Shown: piece by piece, positions 10,705 through 22,923 of the stretch
Position numbering within the stretch: position 1 is the stretch's first letter
Layout: the number at the start of each line of letters is the position of its first letter
DNA from: Azolla caroliniana
Lineage: Eukaryota > Plantae > Polypodiophyta
DNA length: 64,000 nt
NCBI GenBank assembly: GCA_043228905.1
Contig: JBHGNT010000002.1
Location: 7,378,001 to 7,442,000 of the forward strand
Direction of reading: 5' to 3'
The notes under the pieces: generated by a model
The model's input: only the letters and a program-made list of their open reading frames with translations
Database searches by the model: none
What the model was told of the DNA's origin: nothing
Made by a program: the position numbers and the translations under genes

Positions 10705-13700
10705 GTGCGTGGATTGCAAGGAGAAGCAACATGTGTCACACCTAGTGGCGCATGTAAACTAGTACTACCCGACAGGAAGCACAAGCGTCGGATGCAAGAA
10801 TTCGAGAAGATGCTGAAAGAAGAGAACATTATAGAAGAAGGAGAGTTCGTGACTCATATTATGGAAGAAGCCTCATTTAACGACACCATCGGCGAAATCG
10901 AGGAAGTCATGGACTTGAGCTATCTTCACAACCAATGCGTGATTTCGGTTAACTCCGTCAACATGTACGCTATCATCGATGAATACCGTCGTGGCATCTC
11001 GATGAAGGAAGCTGACATCAACACGAAATATAAAACGGTGGATAAGAAGATCAAGCCAGTTGCGGTTCCACTACCGGAAGATAGCTGGCAAAAGATGAAG
11101 GAAGTCGCTAACGATCCAAGCTTAAGAGATCCGAAGAAGATAGGTCATGTCTTCACCAAAGAGACGAAGGGGAAGCTACGAGTTGGAAAGGAGGGTTTCC
11201 TTCTCCCTGAAGAGGAGCGAATGTTTCGTGATATGCTTGAGAGACATGGGAAGGCTTTCGCATTCTTCCCACGAGAAATCGGATGCGCCGACCTAAAGGT
11301 TATAGAGCCGATGGTGATCTTCACGGTGCCTCATGTGCCTTGGAACTTGAAACCGATACCGGTTCCGAGAGCACACCTTCCGAAGCTGATCGAGCTCTTA
11401 AAGGAGAAGGTGAGTATGGGAATTCTAGAACCATCGAATGCTCCTTATTCCAATAGGTGGTTCACGGTGCCGAAGAAGAATGGATCATTGCGATTCATCC
11501 AAGATCTTCAACCCGTCAACAAGGTGACAATTCGAAATGCCGGAATCGGTCCGAGCGTGGACGAATTTGCCAAAGCGTTTGCGGGCCGGTCCATCTACTC
11601 CATTGGCGATCTCTACTCCGGTTATGACCAATTCCAATTGGCGATCGACAGTCGGGACATTACAACCATGAGGACTCCGATCGGGCTTGTGCGGATGTGT
11701 ACCTTACCCCAAGGTGCAACAAACTCGGTGGCTCATTATGCCATGAATAAAGTCTTGAAGGATTGCATTCCGGACATCACAATGCCATTCTTGGATTATA
11801 TTCCGATAAAAGGATGTTCGGATGAGGAGAAAGATGAATCGAAAGATAAGGAAGGTTGTAGAAAGTTCGTTGCGGATCATATGAAAGATTGCGAGAAGGT
11901 GCTTCAAAGGCTCGAAGATGCGAATTTGACATTTTCGGGAGAAAAATCCGCATTCGGGCAACCGGAGATCTTGGTGGTAGGTCACTTGTGTGGAGCATAC
12001 GGCCGGAAGCCCTCGCCATCCAAAGTGAACGCAATCCAAGACATGAAAGAAGAATGCGAAAACCAAACGGAGGTTCGAAGGTTCCTTGGAGCGTGCGCGT
12101 TTTATCATATATGGATTCCTCACTATGCTCATGTCGCCAAACCGTTATATGGACTACTAAATAAAAGAATAAAGTTCGAATGGCGAGACGAGCACACAGA
12201 GGCGATGCGAAGATTAAAGAAACTACTTCTTGAAGCTCCGGCTCTAAGGAAGGCCGACTATGCCGAAGGGAAACCAATTTACGTGACAGTAGATACGAGC
12301 CCAACCGGAATCGGGTGGGTCATCAATCAAGAAGGTGAAGATAATGCGCGATATGCCGTCCAGTTCGGAGCAAAGGTTCTCAGCGAACGGCAACAAAGAT
12401 ATGCCCAAGTCAAGCGGGAACTTTGGGGTATTGTGTCGGCAGTGAAGACGGACAAAGATTACCTGATCGGGTCAGAAGTGATAATAGAGACAGATTGTCT
12501 CCCAATTCTCGGAATGGTCTTGGGATGTGCGACCCCAGATCTTGCTATACTAAGGTGGATCGCCTACATCAAGTCTTTAAACCCAGAGATCCGTCACATC
12601 GCAGGGAAGAAGAACGCCATGGCTGACATGCTGTCGAGGGCAAGATTTTCAAATGGAAGTAACATGGTTTCGGAAGATGAAGATGTCGCCCTCGACTTCT
12701 TCAAGATGGCTCGATTGTCGGCGGAAGACCAGGACACGCAAACCCTCCACGCCTTCAACGAGAACGAGTACGAAGGAGAATGGTTACTCATCGGTAGATT
12801 CCTAAGAACATTGACGATAGATGCTTCGTTGACAAAGGAGGAGGCCCTACGAATCCGAAAGAAAGCTTACCGATACTTCTTGAAGGGAGGATTCCTTTGG
12901 CGACATCCAAAAAGAAGGACAGGAATACCACGTCGAGTGGTGGTAAAGAAAGAAGAGCAAGAGACGCTGATGACCGAATTCCACGAGAGTGCTTGGGCAG
13001 GTCATAGAGGAACATGGGCGACGTTCGAAAAATTGAAGGAGAAGTACTGGTGGCCAAGCATGTACAAAGATGTACTCCATTTCGTGTCCACATGTGAAAC
13101 TTGCCAAATATATTCAAATATACGTCATCGTGATGAGTTAAAGCCGACATACCCACTCACCATTCACTTCAAATGGATGGTGGATCTGGTCTCGATGCCA
13201 ATGGGAGTGGGACAAATGAAGTACTTAGCGCTGGCAAGGGAAGACTTGACAAATCAAGTGGAAGGACGAGCCTTGACAAATAAGACGACTTCAGCCGTTT
13301 GTAAATTTTTACTTGAAGATGTTGTTTGCCAATATGGATGTGTAGGGAAGATAGTGGCCAACCGAGGGGAGTTGGACGCGCACGAAGCGACGGAGCTCTT
13401 CGAAAGACTAGGCGTGAAGCTCTCCCTCACGACTGCCTACAATCCGGAAGCAAATGGGAAGATCGAGCGAGGGCATGGACCTATCGTTAAAGCCATCGTA
13501 CGGGCATGCAACGGTCGAGTCGGGAATTGGCCACGACTATTACCCTATGCCTTGTGGGCCGATAGAACGACACATAGCTCGGTGACAGGGTATATGCCGA
13601 CGGAGCTTATGTATGGACAAAAGCCGATTATGCCCATCGAAAGGACGATCGCCTCATGGGTAGCGATACCGTGGGAGAACGAGATGAGCCGAGAAGAGTT

Positions 13701-14118
13701 ATTAGCGGCGCGGATAAGGCAACTTGAAAGAAGACCTGAAGATTTAGAAAAAGCGCGAAAGATGATGAAGGCAGCCTGAGTAAAGAACAAAGTTCGGTTC
13801 GACAACACGCATCGACTTCGTCCCAAGAAGATTGAAGAAGGGGATTGGGTTTTGGTTTACGACAGCACCCTTGACAATCAACACAGTACAACAAGGAAGT
13901 TCGCAAGAAGATGGTTCGGGCCGTATGTGGTGACAAGTGCCAACGATAATGCCACATACCACCTTGCGGAACTAGACGGATCAAGGTTGATCGTACCCAT
14001 TGCGGGAAAAAGAGTAAAGATTTTCAAGAAAAGACAAGACAAGGATCCTGACCTCGATTACCTCGACGATGAACATAATAGGCCGGATGAAAATGAAGAC
14101 ATGGAGGAATCTAATTGA
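10705..14118 (+). pseudogene. Element F ORF2: RT-RNase H-integrase (inactivated)
   Basis: KKNGSLRFIQDL, DLYSGYDQ, LPQGATNS, catalytic motif reads FLDY, VDTSP (RH), GHRG..CETC, WMVDL, YNPEANGKIE (IN); TGA at 13777-13779 then frame continues to WFGPY, ending 14118. Confidence 0.92.
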
Positions 14119-15179
14119 TCATCGTAGCCGAAATCTCACTTCTTCTCTTCTTGGCACATACCGGAGGACGTGCGGTTTGGTGGGGGTGGATGTCGTGAAG
14201 ATTTTCGGCAATAGTGTGAAAATCCCATAAAATGTACGAAATCGAGTATGAATCACGTAGTACAATAATTGTGAAGATAACTTTTTAAATAGATTTAATA
14301 TCTAAGCACAAAATGATGGAGGTTTCGAATGCACTTTATTACACGAGAAACAGACAACTAAATGTCAAGATATGAGGGTATAAAGTTTGTAAAAGGAAAG
14401 GAGAAATTTGTGAGATATCCCACATAGGCACGACAAATACAGCTCTCATCATATATAAGGTGGAGCAAAAGATATTATCTTTGTGTCTATGTGTGGAGCA
14501 TAGAGAGTTCAAGGTAACTTGAACTAAGAGTGGAGGTGGGCTAACTACTCGTAAAGGGTTTTGGCCAACCAAAACCGGACCGGCGATGGAGCCGGTGATC
14601 CGACGGCATCTGGCACCGGTATCCGGCGAGGCACCGGGGCACCGGTAACCGACGGCATCCGGCGACTAGATAAATAAATATATAAATATATATACATATT
14701 TACATATACAAGGAGGGCAAGAAAGGATTCAAACCTTGCACCTCCAAGTTAGGAGTCAATTGGCTTACCATTAAGCCATGCTATTTAGTTGAAATTATAT
14801 TTCTATCATTGTACTTTTACATGTAAATTCTCATACATGAGAGCTAAAATGAGTGACGTGGTTATCATGCACCACATGTAATACATAAGCGCCAAATGGC
14901 AAACATGCAATTTATGCATGTCTTGTACCCTCACATGCATCATATGCATGAGAGCATCTATAAAAGAGGGAAGGGGGAGGAGAAAAGACACGGTTTTTTT
15001 TATGAAAATTAAGAGGAAGAAATTCGTTATCAAATTGATCGTGTAATCTCAACTTCTCTCTTTCCCAATCTATCTTAAGTACTTTCTCGCCAAAGCTTGT
15101 ATCGACTCTAAATCCTTCTGGTCCAGAACCCCGGCGGTTCTGCCTCACGATCCGCGCGTAGTGACGGATCTTTACGACA

Positions 15180-16234
15180 CCGAATCCAGTGGTACTTCTG
15201 TCGGATATGTTTCGTCCGAGAATGGTAGGCCGCATTCTTTGCAAGGTGGATGGCACTTTGACTGTCGCAGTAGAGCCGATATTCGTCCTATTGGATCCCT
15301 AGCTCTCCTATGAATTCCTTCATCCAGATTATCTCCTTGCCAACTTCCACAGCTGCCATGTACTCCACCTCTGTGGTTGACAACGCAACCGTCTTTTGCA
15401 GCCTCAACTGCCATGATACTGCTCCCCCTGCATAAGTCATGACATATCCAAATGTAGACCGGCTGGTATCCGCATTAGCCGACATGTCTGAATCTATGAA
15501 ATCGTCAAGTTGGGGATTACCGGAGCCGAACCGGAGGCACATACTTGAGGTGCCTTTCAGATACCAGAGTATCACTTGACCGTGTTCCAGTGCTCTTTTC
15601 GGGGATTGCTCATGAACCGGCTCACCACTCCGATTGCATATCTGATATCCGGTCGGGTACATACCATCGCGTACATCAAGCTTCCGACGGCAGAGGCATA
15701 TGGAATCTTCATCATATCCGTCTTCTCCGCCTTTGTCCTCAGGCTTTGTTTTCCGGATAGCTTGTAGTTTGTCGGAAGTGTCGATCCGACCGGTTTTGCC
15801 TTTGACATGTTGAACCGTTGAAGCACCTTTGTCACGTACTTCTCCTTTGACAACCACAACAACTTCTTCGACCGGTCCTAGATGATGTGCATTCCCAATA
15901 TCTGTCTTGTCGGACCCAAGTCTTTCATTGAGAAAGTCTGGTTTAGAGCCTTCTTCAGCATCTGAATCTTGCCTTGGTCTCGTTTGACGATCAACATATC
16001 ATCCACATATAGGAGAAGTATCAGGAAATCTCCTCCGTCAAATTTCTTCACATTTACCCTTGCTAGGGACAACTGCTTTCCTTCCGGCCCGGTGTTGCTC
16101 AACGTGACAACTAGCGTATCCGAACTATCCATGAGGGAACCAAGCAGGAGTAATGCGAGTACCTCATCGGCGAGAGGTACTTCCAACAAGGTTTCCTAGT
16201 GGATCAATCCCTGGAAGGCATTCATGTGCTCTGC
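15180..16234 (-). pseudogene. Copia B remnant: gag fused directly to RT C-half and RNase H
   Basis: EHMNAFQG..LLLLGSL..KQLSLARV joined to NVKKFDGGDFLILLLYVDDMLIV; YASAVGSLMYAMVCTRPDI; ALSTTEVEY; KHIRQKYHWIR. Confidence 0.88.
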
Positions 16235-16482
16235 TGTCGTGATGTGGCGTGCTCGAGAGTGGGAAAAACCGGCAAAAGGGGGGAGTCAAAAATGTGCATG
16301 TGCAATGTGTGTGCACACAAAGCGATTAATTGTGCATATGCAAAATAAAAAGGAAAAGAAAGGGTAGAAAGGAGGTATAGAAGCTCATGCAAAAAGTAAG
16401 AGAGAGGAGAGATAAAAGATAGAGGGGAGACAGGCTATGAATTTATAGAGATAGAATTATATATTATATAAGAGAGAGTTAA

Positions 16483-16540
16483 TGGGCTAGTGGATAGTCA
16501 CATTGACTTCTAGCTAGAGTTGCATGGTTCAAATCTAGTC
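16483..16540 (+). promoter_or_regulatory. tRNA(Arg)-like A-box/B-box module in the U3 of solo LTR D
   Basis: TGGGCTAGTGGATAG..ATTGACTTCTAG..GGTTCAAATCT, 43-nt A-to-B spacing; aligns with the module in F. Confidence 0.6.
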
Positions 16541-17452
16541 TTACAATGCAGCATGATTTAAGGAATTTTATTCCTTTTTCATTGAAGACAAAATTGGCGA
16601 CCCCCCTTCCTTTTTGTCTATAAAAGGAGGTCAAGGGAGGCTCATTCGGGAGGACGTTTTGGGAGGAGGAGACTATCGCCAATTTTCCTTCAGAGCTCTT
16701 CATCTTCTTATTCACCACTTCTCTTCATCTCATATCCCTTCATCCCCCCCATCACCACATGCTCGTCTTTTTTGCGTCAGCACTCGAAGTGCTCGTGAGC
16801 CCAAACTTCGTTGGTTCGACGTTGCTCCGCCCCGTTCGTCGTTGCGAGCCTGTGTGCTCGCCGTTCGGGTGGTCGTGGTTTGTTGGGATTGGCATTTTGG
16901 TGGTGCTCGTGTGTTCATCTTCGTCGTGTTTGGATTTGCTTTTGTCTCTAAGGGCATTTAGTATTTTTGTTTTGATTGAGCTTGTGGTTAACTATAAGTT
17001 GCCATTGTAAACAAAACCCTATTTTATAAAGGGTCCCCTTGTGTTGGAATCGAACAAGTATTTATCTCTTTGGTCGATATCATTCGTGTTTCTTTCTCTC
17101 CTTCTTTCTTTATTTGTGTCTTCCTTGTACGTTCGGTCGTCTTATGACGAGGGAGCGTTTCAGACGTGCCCATGCACCTCACCTCCTCATAAAGACATAC
17201 AAGCATTTGTGCGTGTGTTTGTGTCTTTCTTGTACATTCGGCCGTCTTGTGACGAGGGACCGTTCAGGCTTGCCCATGCACCTCTCTTCCTCATAAAGGC
17301 GTACGAGCATTTTGTGTGTGTGTTTGTGTCTTTCTTGTACGTTCAGCCATCTTGTGACGAGGGACTGTTCGGGCTTGCCCATGCACCTCTCCTCCTCATA
17401 AAGGCGTACGAGCATTTGTGCGTGTGTTTGTGTCTTCCTTGTACGTTCGGCC

Positions 17453-17623
17453 TGTCGAATACATGTGTATAATGGACGTATTCACACTATCCCGTTTTGG
17501 CCATTTATGTAATTAGCATAAAGGGTAGTTGCCCTAAGTCGGTCACTATATATAGTGACCTTGTAACCTTTTTGTAAGGTTGGGTGTTGTATTATTGATA
17601 TATGGAATAAGAAGTATTTTTGT

Positions 17624-17665
<42 letters not shown>

Positions 17666-20600
17666 AACGACCTCCAAACTGTCATACGCAGGTATTCAGA
17701 ACACAATCGAATGCTACTTGATCTTCCGCACAGACGACTTTGTCTACAACATCTGGTATCAGAGCCTGCACAGTAGTCGGTCCTTCAATCCGCTGTCGGC
17801 CGTCGTCTCAGCATTCGGTTTCCTGCGTCATTCGAAGAAGAGAGAAGAAGAAGAAAAACGAGGCTTGCATCTCTTCGCGTTAGATCCTCTTCGCTTGGGG
17901 TAAGCCAGCCGGTTGTACTCCGTTCCCTGTGATCGCAACGCTCGAGGTGAAATCCCCTTGTGCAACATTGACACGATCGTGCTCCACTCGGTTAAACGGC
18001 ATCCGAAGAGGTCAACAAACGCCGCTCGTTGTAACCACTCGGTGCAGATCGGTCTCAAGACAACAACCCCAATTCGCGCTTCATCCGGCTGATCGACATT
18101 CGGGAGGATCAGTTGGATCTGTCTCTCTCGTCGCTGCAGCCACCCGAAGCAGAATCGGTCCAGATAATCGGTTTCAATAATCGGTATTCGGCATATATAT
18201 CCGAAGCGAACCGGGCTCACTCCGACTCGGCAACATTCGGGAAGACCAGTCGGTTCTGTCCCTCAAGTTACCGGAGTCAATTCGAGCAAGTTCCGAAGCC
18301 GAACCGACTCGGGTTCAAATCCGACTAGAACGATATCGGGTGAGCCAACCGGCTGCACTCCAACAAGGTTCGTAGTCAACTCCGAACCGAGCTTCGTCAA
18401 CCGAAACCGAATTTGATGGCATCAACATCCGGCTCGTCAGAAATGAGTCTACGAAAGTTCGATGGATCGAACTTCAACTTCTGGAAGGAGCAAATGCAGG
18501 ACTATCTCATAGTCAAGGGGCAAATCGATCCCATCGAAAATGAAGAACCTCCAGAAGGATACAAACCAATTGAGTGGCAGAAGCTGGACAGAATTGTCCG
18601 CGCCACGATTCGGATGCACCTATCGGAATCGGTATACTTTACGGTGCAATCGTGTACGACAGCATTCGAACTGTGGAAAACACTGTCGGACACTTACGAA
18701 AAGAAGGTCGCCGCAACGAAGATGTTTCTGATCCGGCGCCTCTACAACTTGCGGATGAAAGAATCCGATTCGGTTCAAGCACACCTCAATGAGTACGAAA
18801 GCATAAGCTCCCAAATCTCGTCACAGGGGACGGCAATCGAGGATGAACTCAGAGCAATGATACTCATGAGCAGCCTTCCCTCATCATGGGAAACTTTCGT
18901 CACAACCGTGTGCAACGCGTCAACCACGGCTGTTAAATACTCCGAAGTCACGAGCGCAATCCTGACCGAAGCAGCTCGGAGAAAGTCTTTCGCCAAAGAC
19001 TCAACAGACGACGCTTATGTAGTACAAGGTTCGACAGACCGATCGAACATACGAGGAAGAGATTCCTCACGGCCGCCGAACAATCAGCGAAGACGGAGCC
19101 AGTCACGGGATAACCGAATCTGCAACTATTGCAAGAAACCCGGACACATCAAAGCCGACTGCCGCGCACTCAAGAACAAGAACAACAAGAAGAGTGGCCG
19201 GCATGAGGAGATCAATTACGTCAGCTTCTCAGCTGATGTGCTACCAGACGACCCGAATATACTATCAATCGAAAATCCAGTCGGATCAGAAGTTCTGCTC
19301 ACGACTGAAGAATCGAGCACATGGCTCTTAGATTCGGGCGCGTCATTTCACGTGACTCCTCATCGATCCCAATTTCGGCAATATACGATCCGTCACTCCG
19401 ACTCAGTTCGGGTCGGCAACTCGCAACACTGTGACATCATTGGAATCGGCACAGTAGAGCTCAACCTTGCAGGTGGCTCTACACTTGTACTCCACAATGT
19501 CCGACATGTACCCGAGCTCTCAAGGCCATTGATCTCAGTCGGACAACTAGATGAAGACGGCATTCGTGCCGGTTTTTCTTCGGGAGGGTGGACACTCCAC
19601 AGGGGGAACCTCCTGCTTGCTAGAGGACCCAAGATACACTCACTGTATCCGTTACATGTTACGCTCAGAGAGGGTAACCTGTTTTTGGTGGATATTCCTG
19701 TGTCATCACTATGGCACAGAAGATTAGGACACCTCAGCAAGGCCGGCATCACGCACCTATCTAGAGCCGGATACATCCCTAAACTCTCCTTCTCCGACCA
19801 TCAATTCTGCGAGCATTGCCAGTATGGCAAACAAGCAGCCGCATCACACCCGACATCAGCACCAAGAGAAACGAGACCTCTCGATTTGGTCCACTCGGAC
19901 GTCTGTGGCCCAATGCCGCATCAGTCTCTTGGTGGTGCCTCTTACTTCGTCAGTTTTATTGACGATTCGACTCGAAAGGTGTGGGCTTATCCAATTCGCA
20001 CCAAAGATCGTGTCTTCTCGATCTTCACCGATTGGCTCGCTATGGTGGAAAATCAAACCGACCGAAAGCTGAAATGCTTTCGGACAGACAATGGGGGAGA
20101 GTTTAAATCCGAAGAATTCGTCAAATTCTGCCGACAACACGGCATCCGACGTGAACTTACGGCACCACACAGTCCGGAGCAAAACGGGATTGCAGAACGA
20201 ATGAATCGGACAATCCAAGAACGGACAGTTTCCATGCTCCAACACTCCGGACTGTCGGATGGCTTCTGGGCAGAGGCTCTACTCACGGCAGTACACATAA
20301 TCAATATGTCGCCAAGTAGACCTCTAGGACTTCAAATTCCTCAGGAACTATGGATCGGCAGTAAGCCGAATTACGACAAGCTGAGGATCTTCGGATGCGA
20401 GGCGTACGCCCTCATTCCGAAAGATGATCGCCGAAAACTTGCACCTCGGTCCAGGAAATGCATTTTCCTCGGATATGGATCCGACGGCGAAATGGGATAC
20501 CGACTCTGGGACCCCGAACGCAGACAAATCGTTCGAAGTTCGGACGTTGTGTTCAACGAGTCGGCTATGAATCCATCAGTCGAAAAACTGATCGAAGTCC

Positions 20601-22791
20601 GAAGGGTAACATTTTCCGATGTGCCGACCCTTCAAGAAGGCCCCGCTCTCAACACACGGTCAGCTTCACGGGTAGCTGAACCTTACACTACCGACTCGGA
20701 CAACCCCGACTCGGCACAGCAGAACAATCCGCTTTCGGACCATCCGACCACGATACCCGATGCGACCAGTCCAATCATACCTCGACGATCCGAGAGACTG
20801 TCGCAACCTCCGGAGAGGTATTCTCCTGGAATTTTCTTCACCGACGCCGGCAAACCGACGTCTTACGCAGAAGCATCGACATCTGTCGATTCCGCCACCT
20901 GGCATCTGGCGATGGAGTCGGAAATGCACTCCATTCGGGCAAACAAGACTTGGGATCTGGTCGAATTACCTAGGAACCGACGTGCTCTTCCTTGCAAGTG
21001 GGTTTATCGACTAAAAGAGACGTCTGATTCGACCACCCCAAAGTACAAGGCCAGATTAGTTGCGAAGGGCTTCCGACAAGAATATGGCGTCGACTTCGAC
21101 GAGATTTTTTCACCAGTGGTGAAAATGACAACCCTTCGTTTTCTACTCGGCGTAGTGGCAGCCGACAACTTGGAGCTGATTCAGCTAGATGTCAAAACAG
21201 CATTCCTCCATGGTGATCTTGACGAGGAAATTTATATGGAGCAGCCAAAAGGCTTCGTGGCAACCGGCCAAGAACATCTAGTCTGCCGACTCAGGAAGAG
21301 TCTATACGGCCTCAAACAGGCACCGCGACAATGGTACAAGAAGTTCGACGACTTCATCCAATCGCTCGGCTTCTCAAAAAGCGATGAGGACCATTGTCTC
21401 TTTACCAACACAGCTCAAGATGGATCACCCATCTTCCTCATCATTTACGTGGACGACATGCTAATTTCTGGACGCCACTCGGGCGAACTTGCCGATCTCA
21501 TTCGGCAACTGCGGTTGAAGTTTGCCATGAAGGACCTCGGTCCGGCACGACACATCCTTGGCATGAAGATTAGTCGGCATCGCGATAAACGACATCTTTT
21601 CTTGTCTCAGACCGACTATATCGGACGTGTCTTGGAACGCTTCAACATGCAATCAGCCAAATCTGCTTCAACCCCGCTCCCCACGAATCTTCGGCTCTCT
21701 CAGCGAGACTGCCCGACATCCGGTCCGGAGGGGGAAGATATGAAGTCGGTACCGTATGCACCGGCAGTCGGCTCCCTTATGTACCTGATGGTCGCGACAC
21801 GGCCTGATATCTCTCATGCCGTAGGAGTCGTTAGCAGATTTATGCACAATCCTGGCCGATCGCATTGGAACGCAGTCAAGCATGTGTTCAGATATCTGGC
21901 TGGCACAAAAGACCACGGCATTCTTTTCGGTCCGAACCGAACCTCAGGCGTAGTCGGTTACACCGACTCGGATTTCGCCGGCTGTATAGACAGTCGGAAA
22001 TCAACAACCGGATACTGCTTCAAATTCGGCAATGGAGCAATCTCGTGGAAGTCGAAACTTCAGGAGTGCACAGCGACCTCAACGACCGAAGCAGAATATG
22101 TAGCTGCGTCCGACGCAGCAAAAGAAGCTTTGTGGCTCGGTCGGCTGGCGCACACGTTTCGACAAGTCGACCATGACTCGGCCCCAGTTGTCTACAGCGA
22201 CAGTCAAGGTGCTGTTGCCTTGTCAAAAAATCCGGTTCACCACAACGCCTCCAAACATATCGACGTTCGATATCACTTCGTTCGGGACTGCGTCATCTCA
22301 GGGAAAATCGGTCTAGAGAAAATATCCACAACCGACAATGTCGCAGATGGAATGACCAAGTGTCTCTCGGCAGACCGCTTTCGGTCTCTTCGGCATCAGA
22401 TGGGCGTAACGACAAACCAGTCCGGTTAGAGCCGGACACAGCGCAGGATGGTTTCCGACAACCGACATCAGTTCCTTAATGATCGGCTTCAACTGTTCCG
22501 ACCCGACCAGTTCGGTCTTCTGCCTTCGGACCCTACCGACTCGAACAAAGCTGATATGTCCGAGAACCTAAGTCTATACCTGTAATCTTAGATAACCCAT
22601 GTATACGCCCATTACGGGGGAGTGTCGAATACATGTGTATAATGGACGTATTCACACTATCCCGTTTTGGCCATTTATGTAATTAGCATAAAGGGTAGTT
22701 GCCCTAAGTCGGTCACTATATATAGTGACCTTGTAACCTTTTTGTAAGGTTGGGTGTTGTATTATTGATATATGGAATAAGAAGTATTTTT

Positions 22792-22837
<46 letters not shown>

Positions 22838-22923
22838 AACGACCTCCAAACTGTCATACGCAGGTATTCAGAACACAATCGAATGCTACTTGATCTTCCG
22901 CACAGACGACTTTGTCTACAACA
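17453..22923 (+). mobile_element. Intact, very young Ty1/copia element G
   Basis: LTRs 17453-17751 and 22623-22923 differ only at the TG/CT microsatellite; TSD CGGCC; PBS-Met 17754-17765; PPT just before 22623. Confidence 0.97.
18416..22429 (+). CDS. Copia G gag-pol polyprotein (Gag, PR, IN, RT, RH), uninterrupted
   Basis: CNYCKKPGHIKADC; WLLDSGAS; LWHRRLGH; VHSDVCGP, RTDNGGEF, QNGIAE; YKARLVAKG, QLDVKTAFL, YVDD; DSDFAG, KHIDVRYHF. Confidence 0.97.
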   Translation: MASTSGSSEMSLRKFDGSNFNFWKEQMQDYLIVKGQIDPIENEEPPEGYKPIEWQKLDRIVRATIRMHLSESVYFTVQSCTTAFELWKTLSDTYEKKVAATKMFLIRRLYNLRMKESDSVQAHLNEYESISSQISSQGTAIEDELRAMILMSSLPSSWETFVTTVCNASTTAVKYSEVTSAILTEAARRKSFAKDSTDDAYVVQGSTDRSNIRGRDSSRPPNNQRRRSQSRDNRICNYCKKPGHIKADCRALKNKNNKKSGRHEEINYVSFSADVLPDDPNILSIENPVGSEVLLTTEESSTWLLDSGASFHVTPHRSQFRQYTIRHSDSVRVGNSQHCDIIGIGTVELNLAGGSTLVLHNVRHVPELSRPLISVGQLDEDGIRAGFSSGGWTLHRGNLLLARGPKIHSLYPLHVTLREGNLFLVDIPVSSLWHRRLGHLSKAGITHLSRAGYIPKLSFSDHQFCEHCQYGKQAAASHPTSAPRETRPLDLVHSDVCGPMPHQSLGGASYFVSFIDDSTRKVWAYPIRTKDRVFSIFTDWLAMVENQTDRKLKCFRTDNGGEFKSEEFVKFCRQHGIRRELTAPHSPEQNGIAERMNRTIQERTVSMLQHSGLSDGFWAEALLTAVHIINMSPSRPLGLQIPQELWIGSKPNYDKLRIFGCEAYALIPKDDRRKLAPRSRKCIFLGYGSDGEMGYRLWDPERRQIVRSSDVVFNESAMNPSVEKLIEVRRVTFSDVPTLQEGPALNTRSASRVAEPYTTDSDNPDSAQQNNPLSDHPTTIPDATSPIIPRRSERLSQPPERYSPGIFFTDAGKPTSYAEASTSVDSATWHLAMESEMHSIRANKTWDLVELPRNRRALPCKWVYRLKETSDSTTPKYKARLVAKGFRQEYGVDFDEIFSPVVKMTTLRFLLGVVAADNLELIQLDVKTAFLHGDLDEEIYMEQPKGFVATGQEHLVCRLRKSLYGLKQAPRQWYKKFDDFIQSLGFSKSDEDHCLFTNTAQDGSPIFLIIYVDDMLISGRHSGELADLIRQLRLKFAMKDLGPARHILGMKISRHRDKRHLFLSQTDYIGRVLERFNMQSAKSASTPLPTNLRLSQRDCPTSGPEGEDMKSVPYAPAVGSLMYLMVATRPDISHAVGVVSRFMHNPGRSHWNAVKHVFRYLAGTKDHGILFGPNRTSGVVGYTDSDFAGCIDSRKSTTGYCFKFGNGAISWKSKLQECTATSTTEAEYVAASDAAKEALWLGRLAHTFRQVDHDSAPVVYSDSQGAVALSKNPVHHNASKHIDVRYHFVRDCVISGKIGLEKISTTDNVADGMTKCLSADRFRSLRHQMGVTTNQSG

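Larger units (their letters stand above)
7219..15179 (+). mobile_element. Full-length Ty3/gypsy element F (non-chromovirus, tRNA-Trp primed)
   Basis: LTRs 7219-8373 and 14191-15179 (TGTCGTGAAG...ACGACA); PBS 8382-8398; PPT GGTGGGGGTGGA 14179-14190; 4-bp TSD CCGG/CCGA inside B's HWIRERV codons. Confidence 0.95.
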
